Assembly (NCBI GenBank): GCA_048938855.1
Contig: JBHLLT010000014.1
Coordinates: forward strand, 18,230-82,229
Origin: Promethearchaeota archaeon
GTDB lineage: Archaea; Asgardarchaeota; Lokiarchaeia; Sigyniarchaeales; SOKP01
Reading direction: 5' to 3'
DNA length: 64,000 bases
Under the pieces are notes generated by a model. That model was not told where the DNA came from. It searched no databases and saw only the letters and a list, made by a program, of their open reading frames with translations. A program made the translations under genes and the position numbers. Below, piece after piece: positions 1-9,286 of this stretch (position 1 is its first letter; every line of letters starts with the position of its first letter).

Positions 1-381
1 TTCTCTTTCAAGGGTATTGATGAAATCTTCTTCTCCAAATGGAACTACCATATCCATCTTCTCATCTGGGTTAGTTACGATTAACCTAAAAGCTTCTGGA
101 ATTTCTACAAACTCAATATTTAATCCTAAATCATCTTCAAACAACTTCCTAATGCTTCCTTTATTTGTGGTAGGGCCATAATCACATAATTCATGGAGAG
201 ATGCCTCAAATTCAAATCGACCTCTTATAAAACTAGTAGCAAAACCTCCAGGTAAGTTGTGTTGTTCAAAAAGTATCACTTTCTTTCCTTCAATTGCTAA
301 TTGAGCAGCTGCTGTTAAACCACCATTCCCAGCTCCTATAACAACAACATCATATGATTCTTCAAAATTTTGTGGATTCAT
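1..381 (-). CDS. FAD-dependent oxidoreductase, phytoene desaturase-like family (5' part; runs off window start)
   Basis: Not in ORF track. Manual translation from ATG at 381: MNPQNFEESYDVVVIGAGNGGLTAAAQLAIEGKKVILFEQHNLPGGFATSFIRGRFEFEASLHEL; Rossmann GxGxxG plus E..PGG..F motif. Confidence 0.85.
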   Translation of the reverse strand, partial: MNPQNFEESYDVVVIGAGNGGLTAAAQLAIEGKKVILFEQHNLPGGFATSFIRGRFEFEASLHELCDYGPTTNKGSIRKLFEDDLGLNIEFVEIPEAFRLIVTNPDEKMDMVVPFGEEDFINTLERE

Positions 382-529
382 AATCTTATGTTATAATCTC
401 CCTAAAATAAATTAATTAATAAATTAAATTTGCACTTTCATAAATACTTTCAGATTAAATCCACTCTTTAAAGAGCATACTAACATCTCTGTTGACGCTC
501 TAATAAAAAAAAAGAAAAAAATTGATTGT

Positions 530-1255
530 TTATTCCATCTTTAAAAGTCTTTTTGTCCATCTTGGAAGAACTAAACCTATATAAAACTCGAGTGAGCTTG
601 ATAATAAGATCAATCTCGCAATAAGATAAGTAATCTGTGAAGGTATTGCAAAGTCTAATACTGTACCAATAGAAAAAGAAATAAACGCAATCAATAAAAA
701 TTTACCTTTCATCTTGATTTCTGGAACATCTGAACGTAATGAAACTCTAGAAAACGGGATACCAACTAATAAAAAGACGATTAAACTGAAGATGAAATAT
801 ATCTGACTAGGAATGGACCAATCTAACACAAAAATTTCTTGATATGTTGCGATGAATGACAAGTCATAAAAAAGAAAGATGAAAAAGTAAATCTCATATG
901 CGATATTTACACATACATCTATTGCAAAAAATGCGTTTCTTTTTCCTTTAGATATTGGCAACACTTTCAGAAAAGCAATGAGTCCTATAGTAATAGTAAT
1001 TGGCAAAAATGCAATCCCTAAAACGACATATATTGTAAGAGGGATGGATCCCCCAGTGAAAAGAACTGCTATGAAAGTAATAATATTAGGCCACCAAGGT
1101 GTAGTCATACCAATCCAAAAGATTCCAAAAAGTAAAAATTCAATTCTCTTTAATTTGGGATACCTTGAAGCGATTCGTATTCCAAGAATAATTGAAATTA
1201 CCACAAAAACTATTGTTAAGCTTCCATGTAATATTTCCAATAAATCTAAAACCAT
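530..1255 (-). CDS. Stand-alone ~7-TM membrane protein (Lokiarchaeia-type hypothetical)
   Basis: 241 aa, about 7 hydrophobic segments, no soluble domain. Confidence 0.7.
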   Translation of the reverse strand: MVLDLLEILHGSLTIVFVVISIILGIRIASRYPKLKRIEFLLFGIFWIGMTTPWWPNIITFIAVLFTGGSIPLTIYVVLGIAFLPITITIGLIAFLKVLPISKGKRNAFFAIDVCVNIAYEIYFFIFLFYDLSFIATYQEIFVLDWSIPSQIYFIFSLIVFLLVGIPFSRVSLRSDVPEIKMKGKFLLIAFISFSIGTVLDFAIPSQITYLIARLILLSSSLEFYIGLVLPRWTKRLLKME

Positions 1256-1428
1256 TTAAATTCACTGGTAATTGTAGTTTACATTCGCCAAATTTTTTTT
1301 TGGCAAATATAATCATTATTCGTTAAAAACCTTAATATAGCTTTATTTGGGTTTTTCCAAATCTGTCCATGACTTATAAACTTAAATATTTGAATAGAAT
1401 TAAATCAGACTCTATCATTACATAAATT

Positions 1429-2241
1429 ATGATTAATGACAACCAACATTTTACAGTTTCAAAACATAAAGAATATTTATATGTAATTAATGAAAACATC
1501 TCACTTGTTCATCCAGTTTATACAAACGATCCTCTTAATATTTATTTACTCTTAGGTTCTCACACTGCTCTTTTGCTTGATACAGGCTGTGGACTTTCTC
1601 CTTTAAAACCGATTGTAGATAAGTTGATTGGAGATAAAATTCTACTAGTTTTTAATACTCACTATCATTGGGATCATCCTCTGGGGAACGTAGAATTTGA
1701 GGAAGTTTACATACATGAGAATGAAGTAGATTATGTTTCAAAACCTTATGATGTGTCTTATTTTAAGGATTCTCCTAGTGAAACAGTAAAGGTTTATGCA
1801 AAGCAAAATTTTCTAATTCCACCTGCAAAAGCAATTAGACCATTAAAAGATGGAGATTTATTCGATTTGGGAGGTATAGAAATAAAAGTTATACATTGCC
1901 CTGGGCACTCTCCGGGCTCTATATGTTTATCAACCTCTACTGGTGAACTATTTACTACTGACGTAGCTTACTACGGAGATCAGTTCTTGCCTAAAAGAGA
2001 AAAATTTCCTGAAGTTCTTAAGACTCTCTCTAAATTAATAAAACTATGTGAAACACAAAAAAACCTCGAGCTTTTTCCATCACATAGAGATTATCCATGT
2101 GATATAACACTTTTAACAGATTTATATAAAGCAATTCAAAATATTGAAAATTTATGGGATACAAAAATACCCTTTGACTTTTTTGAAGCATGGCAGATTG
2201 ATGATCCTAAATTTAGATTTTATGTATCTCGTACGTATTAA
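1429..2241 (+). CDS. Metallo-beta-lactamase fold hydrolase
   Basis: THYHWDH (HxHxDH), PGHSPGS and DTG motifs. Confidence 0.9.
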   Translation: MINDNQHFTVSKHKEYLYVINENISLVHPVYTNDPLNIYLLLGSHTALLLDTGCGLSPLKPIVDKLIGDKILLVFNTHYHWDHPLGNVEFEEVYIHENEVDYVSKPYDVSYFKDSPSETVKVYAKQNFLIPPAKAIRPLKDGDLFDLGGIEIKVIHCPGHSPGSICLSTSTGELFTTDVAYYGDQFLPKREKFPEVLKTLSKLIKLCETQKNLELFPSHRDYPCDITLLTDLYKAIQNIENLWDTKIPFDFFEAWQIDDPKFRFYVSRTY

Positions 2242-2393
2242 GGCATTTATCCTTAATATCCTATATTTTATAATAGAAATTCTAAAATAGTTAAATATCT
2301 TTATTAAACTCATAAATTCAATAAACGCTTGTTTTAAAATCTTGGAAGAAAGAGAATTTAATCAAGAAAAAATAGACTAAAGTTAAACTTATT

Positions 2394-3902
2394 ATGATAG
2401 ATATTCCAGGATCTTCAGTAATGAAAGATGGTATAAATTATAAATATTATATGAATGGACAATGGAAAAAATCAAGTTCAGAAAAATTAATACCTGTGTA
2501 TAATCCTTTTAATCATGAATTGATTGGAAATGTGCAAACTTGTACAAAGAGAGAAGTAGACGAACTCATAAGAATAGCACATGATAATGTTAATTGTTGG
2601 GAAGATATTCCATTGAATAAGCGTGCAGATATTTTGAATAAAGCAGCTGACTTAATGTTGGAATGGTCAAAATCTTTAGGGTTCTTGTTAATGAAGGAAA
2701 TTGGAAAACCAATTAATAGCGCTATATCTGAAATAACACGAACAGCAGAAATATTTAAAGCCACTGCTGATTCAAGTTTACAAGTATCAGGTGAAACGAT
2801 TTTAGGTGACGCATTTGAAGGGTATACAAAAGAGAAAGTATCAATGACTTATAGGGTTCCATTGGGAGTTGTCCTATGTATAGGACCTTTTAATTATCCT
2901 TTTAATCTAACTGGTTCTAAGATTGCTCCAGCACTAATAGCTGGGAATACTGTAGTTATGAAACCACCAACTCAAGGGCCATTAACTGCTCTTCATTTTG
3001 GAATTATTTTAGAAAAAGCAGGTGTACCTCCTGGGGCATTTCACATTATTACAGGGCGTGGTTCTGAGATTGGAGATTATATAGTTAGTCACCCATTAAT
3101 AGATATGATTAATTTTACAGGTTCTTCAGAAACGGGAAAAAAATTAGCTAAAGTGGCTGGAATGAAGCCGTTATTACTTGAATTAGGAGGAAAAGACGCA
3201 GCAATAGTATTGGATGATGCCGATTTAGAAATTACTGTAAATGCAATCGTTTCAGGGGCTTTTTCTTTTAGCGGACAACGTTGTACGGCAGTAAAAAGAG
3301 TATTACCAATGCCAAGCATAGCAGATAAATTAATAGACGAAGTTATGAAGAAGACTCTCAAATTAACAATAGGAGATCCAGCACAAAATAACAGTATCGG
3401 TCCTCTTATTAATTCAGAACAATGTAAATACGTTCAAGGTTTAATAAATGATGCACTTGATAAAGGGGCAACACTAAAGTGTGGAAATAGACGTGAAGGT
3501 AATATTATGTGGCCCACAATATTAGATAATGTTACTACAGATATGAGAATCGCATGGGAGGAACCCTTCGGACCCGTCCTTCCTTTTATTCGTATCAGTA
3601 ATGCTGAAAAAGCAATCGAAATTTCAAATAAATCAGAATATGGTCTTCAAGGAATGATTTTTACAAACAATATTGACCTTGCATTTAATGTAGCTCAAGA
3701 ATTAGAGGTTGGAACTGTCCAAATTAATGGAAAGAGTGCTCGTGGACCAGATCATTTTCCTTTTTTAGGAACTAAATCATCTGGTTTAGGTACTCAAGGG
3801 ATAAGATATTCCATTGAAGCCATGAGTCGACCTAAAGTTGTGGTGATTAACCTTTCTGAAAGGGGAAAATTAGTAAAAGAATGCTATGCTCCAGAAAAGT
3901 AG
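2394..3902 (+). CDS. gapN: Non-phosphorylating NADP-dependent glyceraldehyde-3-phosphate dehydrogenase (ALDH11 family)
   Basis: PFNYPFNL, KPPTQG, FTGS, ELGGKD, GQRCTA, WEEPFGP and the GapN-type C-terminus RGPDHFPFLGTKSSGLGTQGIRYSIEAM. Confidence 0.85.
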   Translation: MIDIPGSSVMKDGINYKYYMNGQWKKSSSEKLIPVYNPFNHELIGNVQTCTKREVDELIRIAHDNVNCWEDIPLNKRADILNKAADLMLEWSKSLGFLLMKEIGKPINSAISEITRTAEIFKATADSSLQVSGETILGDAFEGYTKEKVSMTYRVPLGVVLCIGPFNYPFNLTGSKIAPALIAGNTVVMKPPTQGPLTALHFGIILEKAGVPPGAFHIITGRGSEIGDYIVSHPLIDMINFTGSSETGKKLAKVAGMKPLLLELGGKDAAIVLDDADLEITVNAIVSGAFSFSGQRCTAVKRVLPMPSIADKLIDEVMKKTLKLTIGDPAQNNSIGPLINSEQCKYVQGLINDALDKGATLKCGNRREGNIMWPTILDNVTTDMRIAWEEPFGPVLPFIRISNAEKAIEISNKSEYGLQGMIFTNNIDLAFNVAQELEVGTVQINGKSARGPDHFPFLGTKSSGLGTQGIRYSIEAMSRPKVVVINLSERGKLVKECYAPEK

Positions 3903-4119
3903 ATTACTTAAAAGAAATTAAAGAAGCAAATAACTTAGCTAATTTCTAAAACCTTTTTATTTACCAAACCGAAATTTTTGAAGGGAAACATATTAGAGTT
4001 ACCTCTATAAATTCTTAATTTGATTTCTGAATATCTGTTAAAAAGCAAAATTTTTTTCTGAAAATTTAATAAACGGGAAAGATAATGAATTTCATAAAAC
4101 CATATTAAAAAATAAAAAA

Positions 4120-4311
4120 ATGATTCCAAAAAAAATTATTGAAAGCTTGATAGATAATCTTGTATATATCTATATAAAAAATCTAGGTAAAGAATTTGCT
4201 GGTAAAATTAATTCTATAACTGATTCTGACATAGTTATTTTAAAAGATAAAAATGAGAATCTTAGTTACATTCCCCTTTCAGAAATAAGTGTTATTACTG
4301 AACGACGATAA
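4120..4311 (+). CDS. Small protein, possible Sm/LSm-like beta-barrel
   Basis: 63 aa; short helix followed by beta-strand pattern VYIYI..EFAGKI..IVIL..YIPLSEISVI. Confidence 0.5.
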   Translation: MIPKKIIESLIDNLVYIYIKNLGKEFAGKINSITDSDIVILKDKNENLSYIPLSEISVITERR

Positions 4312-4442
4312 AACTATTCGATGTTCATAAAGAATCCGGAGAATGTTAAGAACTTGTTAACTATATAGAAAAAAAATTACCAATTTAATAATTTCCTAAA
4401 ATTTTTTGAAAGTTATTTAAAATAGAAAGTTGAGCGGATAAT

Positions 4443-5888
4443 TTGCTAATTAGCATTTTTATAATTTTAGGGTGCTTCATAGCTGTTGTCATTTTAATTA
4501 TTACAAATAAGTTGAATAGAGCAGTTGCATCTTTATTAGGAGCAATAATTACATTCTTTGTGCTTATTTTTATTGAACATTTCGACTTTTCTATAATAGT
4601 AGAATTATTATTTGGATCTCCTCTTGAAGGATTTGTAAATCTCCATTCTTTAATAATGATTATAGGAATGATGATGATTGTGCAAATTGCTCATGAAGCA
4701 GGCACTTTCCAATTTATTGCAGGTAAATTAATTAAGTTATCTGGAGGAAAACCTGTTAATTTAATGATTATCTTCTGTAGTGCGACAGTTTTGATATCTG
4801 CGATATTAAATAACATTTTAACAGTTATAATAATAATTCCTCTTACGATTACAGTTTCAAGAATTTTAAACATAAATCCATCTCCATACATTTTAACTCA
4901 AGCTGTATTAGTCAATATCGGAGGTACTGTCTTTTCGATTTCTTCAATTCCAAATATTTTAATTACAACATATGCAGGAATAGAATTTTTAGAATTCTTC
5001 ATTAATGTTGGATTATTATCCTTTATAGTTTTTATATTTACTCTCATTTTTTTCATTGTATTATATAAAAAGGAATTAATCATTCCAGAAGAGGGCCAAA
5101 AAGCATTAAAAGAATTTGATGTTTGGAATGTTGTTCAAAATAAAAGATTATTATATCAATCATTATCTTCCTTAGTTGGATTATTAATTTTATTAATATT
5201 TATTCCATCATCATTGATTTCACCGGACATCATTGCTTTAACTATTGCTATCATTTTAATCATTTTAACAAGATTAGATCCTAAAGAAATTATAAATAAA
5301 ATCGATTTTGAATTGATTTTTTATCTGCTAGGTATCTTTATAATTGTTGGAGGGCTTGAGGTAACAGGAGCAACAGCGGTTCTTGGTACTTTTATCTTAA
5401 ATATTGGGGGAAACAATTTATTTTTCCAACTTCTCTTGGTATTGTGGTTTTCTGCCTATTTAAGCAGTTGTATCGATAATATTCCAATCACAAAAGTATT
5501 GATTCCTGTTGCAGATACTATGACTAAAACTGCTTCCATATTAAATAGAAGACAAATTTTTTACAGTCTTGCGCTTGGGGCAAACTGGGGAGATAATCTA
5601 ACTCCATTAGGAGATAATATTCTTGTGGTTAATATTGCTGAACAAAATAAGCGACCTATAAGTTTTAAATCGTTTTTTAAATTGGGTTTTGTTACCACTA
5701 ATTATCAGTTAATAATTATATCAATCTACTATTGTTTTATTTATTATATACAAATAGGAATGATTATTTTAGGGATTGTAGGTATAATAATAATAGCCAT
5801 CTACGGTCTCCATAAATTTGGTTCAAAACAAATTAAATCTCATATAAATATAATAGGTATTAAATTAAGAGAAACTATTATAAGGTGA
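4443..5888 (+). CDS. ArsB/NhaD-superfamily (SLC13/P-permease, OCA2-like) ion transporter
   Basis: More than 12 TM segments; LNNILTV..P, NIGGT..S.PNI, IDNIP and LGANWGDNLTPLG motifs. Confidence 0.85.
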   Translation: MLISIFIILGCFIAVVILIITNKLNRAVASLLGAIITFFVLIFIEHFDFSIIVELLFGSPLEGFVNLHSLIMIIGMMMIVQIAHEAGTFQFIAGKLIKLSGGKPVNLMIIFCSATVLISAILNNILTVIIIIPLTITVSRILNINPSPYILTQAVLVNIGGTVFSISSIPNILITTYAGIEFLEFFINVGLLSFIVFIFTLIFFIVLYKKELIIPEEGQKALKEFDVWNVVQNKRLLYQSLSSLVGLLILLIFIPSSLISPDIIALTIAIILIILTRLDPKEIINKIDFELIFYLLGIFIIVGGLEVTGATAVLGTFILNIGGNNLFFQLLLVLWFSAYLSSCIDNIPITKVLIPVADTMTKTASILNRRQIFYSLALGANWGDNLTPLGDNILVVNIAEQNKRPISFKSFFKLGFVTTNYQLIIISIYYCFIYYIQIGMIILGIVGIIIIAIYGLHKFGSKQIKSHINIIGIKLRETIIR

Positions 5889-5895
5889 TTTTGAA

Positions 5896-6534
5896 ATGGT
5901 ATTCAAAAATATTCAAAGAATTCAAGCTGCTTTACCAGAAGTTAAGCACATTGCAATGTTCTATAATAATGGTATAATTTTTCAAACAACTTTTGACCAA
6001 GATATTAATATACCAAAACTAGGTGAGAATCTTGCGGAAATTTTAAATCATGCTAGAAAACTCTATGAAATCTCACATTACAATTTTGAAAATTATAAAA
6101 AAATTATTTTTGAGACTTTTGATATGTCTATTATTATTTTAAAGCTTGGTGAAGATAGTAATATTGCCCTTTTTTTTAAGAAAGAAGAAGTACAAGAATT
6201 AAAGTTAACTGCGATAAAAAGATACATCACGAGAATTGAAGAATTAATTGATATGGATGAAAGAGAACTGATTATTCAAGACATACTCTTTAAAGAAGAA
6301 GAAATTAAACAATTAAAAGCTCTACTAACTGAGAATGAAAATGTTACTGAAGAATTAAATAAATTATTAATTAATATAGAGAAAGGAGAAATAGTAGGTG
6401 ATAAAAAAGAAATTATGAGTAAACTAAATAACATTGATATTGATTGTGTAAACTTGAGAAAAGATATAGAAAAACACACTAAGGAAATTGAACAACTAAA
6501 AGAAAAAATAGAAAAAAGTCATAAAAAGGAATAA
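5896..6534 (+). CDS. Roadblock/LC7-like N-terminal domain fused to a C-terminal coiled coil
   Basis: First ~118 aa show the alpha-beta-beta-alpha-beta-beta-beta-alpha roadblock pattern; E/K-rich heptads follow. AGGTGA SD site; 7 bp after the transporter. Confidence 0.6.
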   Translation: MVFKNIQRIQAALPEVKHIAMFYNNGIIFQTTFDQDINIPKLGENLAEILNHARKLYEISHYNFENYKKIIFETFDMSIIILKLGEDSNIALFFKKEEVQELKLTAIKRYITRIEELIDMDERELIIQDILFKEEEIKQLKALLTENENVTEELNKLLINIEKGEIVGDKKEIMSKLNNIDIDCVNLRKDIEKHTKEIEQLKEKIEKSHKKE

Positions 6535-6542
6535 GAAAAGAT

Positions 6543-6734
6543 TTATAAATTCAAGTCTTTAGTAACTCCGATTATTACCGGAATTAGAAGAAGTATCGCA
6601 ATGCTTATAATAATAAAAATGACGAGAGATTCATTAGATTCTTTTTTAATTTGTTCAATGCAGATGAAAACGATAAGCATCAAGGATACAATTAAAAGCC
6701 CATATACCAGTAGAATTAAAAAATATTCATTCAA
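6543..6734 (-). CDS. Small 2-TM membrane protein
   Basis: 63 aa, two hydrophobic helices; AGGAG upstream of the TTG start; co-oriented with the coiled-coil genes. Confidence 0.55.
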   Translation of the reverse strand: MNEYFLILLVYGLLIVSLMLIVFICIEQIKKESNESLVIFIIISIAILLLIPVIIGVTKDLNL

Positions 6735-6835
6735 TAGCGTGATACTCCTTAATTTTCTCTCTCTTTTCTAATTCCAATAGTTTAATTTAATTCAAGATAA
6801 ATTTTTTAATATTAAATAAATATCAATTAATATCC

Positions 6836-7513
6836 TCATTCATTTGTAGGAAATTTGGCATTTGGAGGTTTAATTTTTTCTCTTTTAGCTAATTCTTCTG
6901 AAAGTTCTTTTTTTAAGTCAGCTAATTTATCTTCGTCTCCTCCTATCTCAATACTCTTTTTATATACACCCTTTATTGCTGTATTTAATTTTTTTTGTTG
7001 TTTTTGAAATTCCTCTTCTGCTTTTTTCAGTTTTTCCATTGGCGCAGAATTTTTCAAAAGTTTAACATAACTGAACTGTTTTTTACCTAGTAATTCACGT
7101 TCTTTAGCAACGCGCAACTTTTCCTTTATAATATTTAACTCTTCTTCTGCAACTTTACTATCTAAGTACGCTATTTTTCTTTGAACCTCTGCAATTTTAT
7201 TTTTGATCGCTGCAATCTTTAAGCTGTATATTGCATAATCTTCTTCAGATTTTAGATTATTATTAGAAAAAGCTAGGATATCTTTTACTTGTTGTTTGCT
7301 CTCCACTAACTTCTTATTTTTTTCAGCTAAAGTTTGTATAAGCTTAGCTAAATTCATTTCATTTTTAACAAGAATTTCCCCTGCTTTAACGCTTTTTAAT
7401 GTTTGTATAGCTGTGTTTTTTGAATCTTTGCATATTTTTTTTTCTCTTTCTGCAATTTCTAAATTTTTTTGTGCTATTAATTCGATATTTTCAATATTTT
7501 CGATGTTAATCAC
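6836..7513 (-). CDS. Three-helix coiled-coil protein, paralog 1 (BAR-like candidate)
   Basis: Colinear similarity to 7576-8229 and 9287-9955; C-terminal KLADLKKELSEELAKREKIKP. The start may be ATC at 7504. Confidence 0.8.
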   Translation of the reverse strand: MINIENIENIELIAQKNLEIAEREKKICKDSKNTAIQTLKSVKAGEILVKNEMNLAKLIQTLAEKNKKLVESKQQVKDILAFSNNNLKSEEDYAIYSLKIAAIKNKIAEVQRKIAYLDSKVAEEELNIIKEKLRVAKERELLGKKQFSYVKLLKNSAPMEKLKKAEEEFQKQQKKLNTAIKGVYKKSIEIGGDEDKLADLKKELSEELAKREKIKPPNAKFPTNE

Positions 7514-7575
7514 ACCCTTTTTATTTCTTTTGCGATTATCTTAATCTTAAGAAAAAAATTAAAATTTAGGATTTA

Positions 7576-8229
7576 TTATTCAGGTCTGATTTTTTCACGT
7601 TCGGTTAATTTTTCAGAGAGTTCTTTCTTGAGATCCGCCAACTTATTCTGTTTTCCAACAATATTTTTATTCAAATCTATCGCGTTGGTTTCAAGTTTTG
7701 TTAATAATCTCTGAATACCAAGATATGCCTCTTCAACTTTAGAAATTTTATCACTAGGTGCATTAGCATTCATTAATTTTACGTATTCCATCATTTTTTT
7801 GGCTAAATTCCCCCTTTCCTTAGCTTCATCAAGTTTTTTATTAGCAACTTTTACTCTTATCTCGGATATATCCGTCTCCACATATGCAATCCTTTTTTGG
7901 ATATCAGCGATTTCAGTTTGAATTTCTGCAACTTCTTGGTTGTATCGCGCTTGTGCTCTCTCCGCTTTTAAAATTTCATCACCAATTTTTAACATGTCTT
8001 TTACTTTTTCCTTCTTTTCAACTAACTTTTTACTCTTATCTGTTAATCTCTCTCGCACTTTTGCTACTTCAATTTCATTCCTGGCTAGCATTTCTCGAGC
8101 TTTAGCTCTTTTTACTGATTGTTTTGCTAATACTTTCATTTCACTAGCTGTTTCTCTTTCAATTTTAGCTAAATTTGAATTCTCTTCTGCTATTTTTTCA
8201 AATTTTTTAATCTCTTCCATTTTAAACAC
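7576..8229 (-). CDS. Three-helix coiled-coil protein, paralog 2 (BAR-like candidate)
   Basis: Ala every 7th residue; C-terminal KLADLKKELSEKLTEREKIRP. Likely ATG start at 8220 after GAGGTG. Confidence 0.8.
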   Translation of the reverse strand: MFKMEEIKKFEKIAEENSNLAKIERETASEMKVLAKQSVKRAKAREMLARNEIEVAKVRERLTDKSKKLVEKKEKVKDMLKIGDEILKAERAQARYNQEVAEIQTEIADIQKRIAYVETDISEIRVKVANKKLDEAKERGNLAKKMMEYVKLMNANAPSDKISKVEEAYLGIQRLLTKLETNAIDLNKNIVGKQNKLADLKKELSEKLTEREKIRPE

Positions 8230-8301
8230 CTCTTTTCTTAATTCCCTTTTAATTTTAACATGATAAATTTAAATATTCTATTAGAAATACTTCAATTTAG
8301 A

Positions 8302-8469
8302 TTAACTATATATGTCATCATATGTTTCTACTTCTTTTTTGTCATTATAAATTGTGTCAAATTCCTCATTATCATCATGATCTTCATTATCATTAGAAGA
8401 TTCATCTTCTTCATATTCGTCATATTCATAATTATATTTCTTCTTCTTCTCTTTGTTTTTTCTTTCCAT
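8302..8469 (-). CDS. 55-aa acidic microprotein with basic N-terminus
   Basis: Manual translation MERKNKEKKKKYNYEYDEYEEDESSNDNEDHDDNEEFDTIYNDKKEVETYDDIYS (22 D/E, 7 Y). Absent from the ORF track; co-oriented with the coiled-coil genes. Confidence 0.6.
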   Translation of the reverse strand: MERKNKEKKKKYNYEYDEYEEDESSNDNEDHDDNEEFDTIYNDKKEVETYDDIYS

Positions 8470-8541
8470 TTTGGCTTTTTTACATCCTTAATTCTGTTGT
8501 TTTGTACTTGTCACTATATAATGATTACATGATATTTAAAC

Positions 8542-8557
8542 GTTTTCAATTGAAAAC
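8542..8557. promoter_or_regulatory. Perfect 16-bp palindrome, candidate operator in divergent promoter
   Basis: GTTTTCAATTGAAAAC between the acidic microprotein gene and the RHH regulator gene. Confidence 0.45.
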
Positions 8558-8642
8558 AAATCACAGAAACGATAACCTTATATATTTTGATATCATTGTT
8601 TGATATAAAATAGTTATTTAAAAATGAAAAATCACCTGAAAT

Positions 8643-9197
8643 TTGATGACAAAAAGTAATTTTCTTGGATTTAGACTTTCAGATGTAGTACTTAATAAAC
8701 TTGAGCTACTTGCAAAACAGGAAAATAAAACACGTGGATTGATTGCAAAAGATGCTATCGAACAATGGCTCAATTTAGAATTATTTAATCAAACCAATGA
8801 AATGATAATGATATCAAAATCTATCTTTTCTAAGATCCTTTCTCACTTAGATGATCATACTATGGAGATTATTGCTAAAGATTTTGCAGATTTATTCTCA
8901 GATATAATGAAATTCTCAACTGCGAAACCTATGAATGAAGAAACCTTGAAATCACATACAACTTTTTTAATTAATTTTTTTGGTAAAAATGGATTAAAAT
9001 GGTTTAATACACTTGACGTTCAGAAAAGAGAAAATCTTTTCATATTTAGAGGTTTACACGATATGGATGAGGTTTATTCCCATTTTTTTACAGAATTTTT
9101 TAAGTATCTCCTATCTCAACATTTTGAACTAGATTATACAACAAAATTAGAAGAAAAAACATCTAATTTAGTCCATCTTGAATTTAAAATTAAATAA
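8643..9197 (+). CDS. Ribbon-helix-helix (CopG-like) regulator with C-terminal putative ligand-binding domain
   Basis: N-terminal FLGFRLSDVVLNKLELLAKQENKTRGLIAKDAIEQWL is a typical RHH pattern. Confidence 0.75.
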   Translation: MMTKSNFLGFRLSDVVLNKLELLAKQENKTRGLIAKDAIEQWLNLELFNQTNEMIMISKSIFSKILSHLDDHTMEIIAKDFADLFSDIMKFSTAKPMNEETLKSHTTFLINFFGKNGLKWFNTLDVQKRENLFIFRGLHDMDEVYSHFFTEFFKYLLSQHFELDYTTKLEEKTSNLVHLEFKIK

Positions 9198-9286
9198 GAT
9201 TTAAAAAACAAAAATTAATGTATAAATAAATTTTAATTTTCCTAGCTATAATTTATTGATAAATTCCAATTTATAGAACAGTTATT

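Noticed and set aside
3935-4129. 64-aa minus-strand ORF
   Set aside because: AT-rich intergenic composition, overlaps the start of 4120 head-to-head, no SD or motif.
8260-8532. Plus-strand 90-aa hydrophobic ORF
   Set aside because: Its Phe/Ile richness is the antisense mirror of the GAA/GAT/AAG codons of the acidic minus-strand ORF 8302-8469; probably a shadow.
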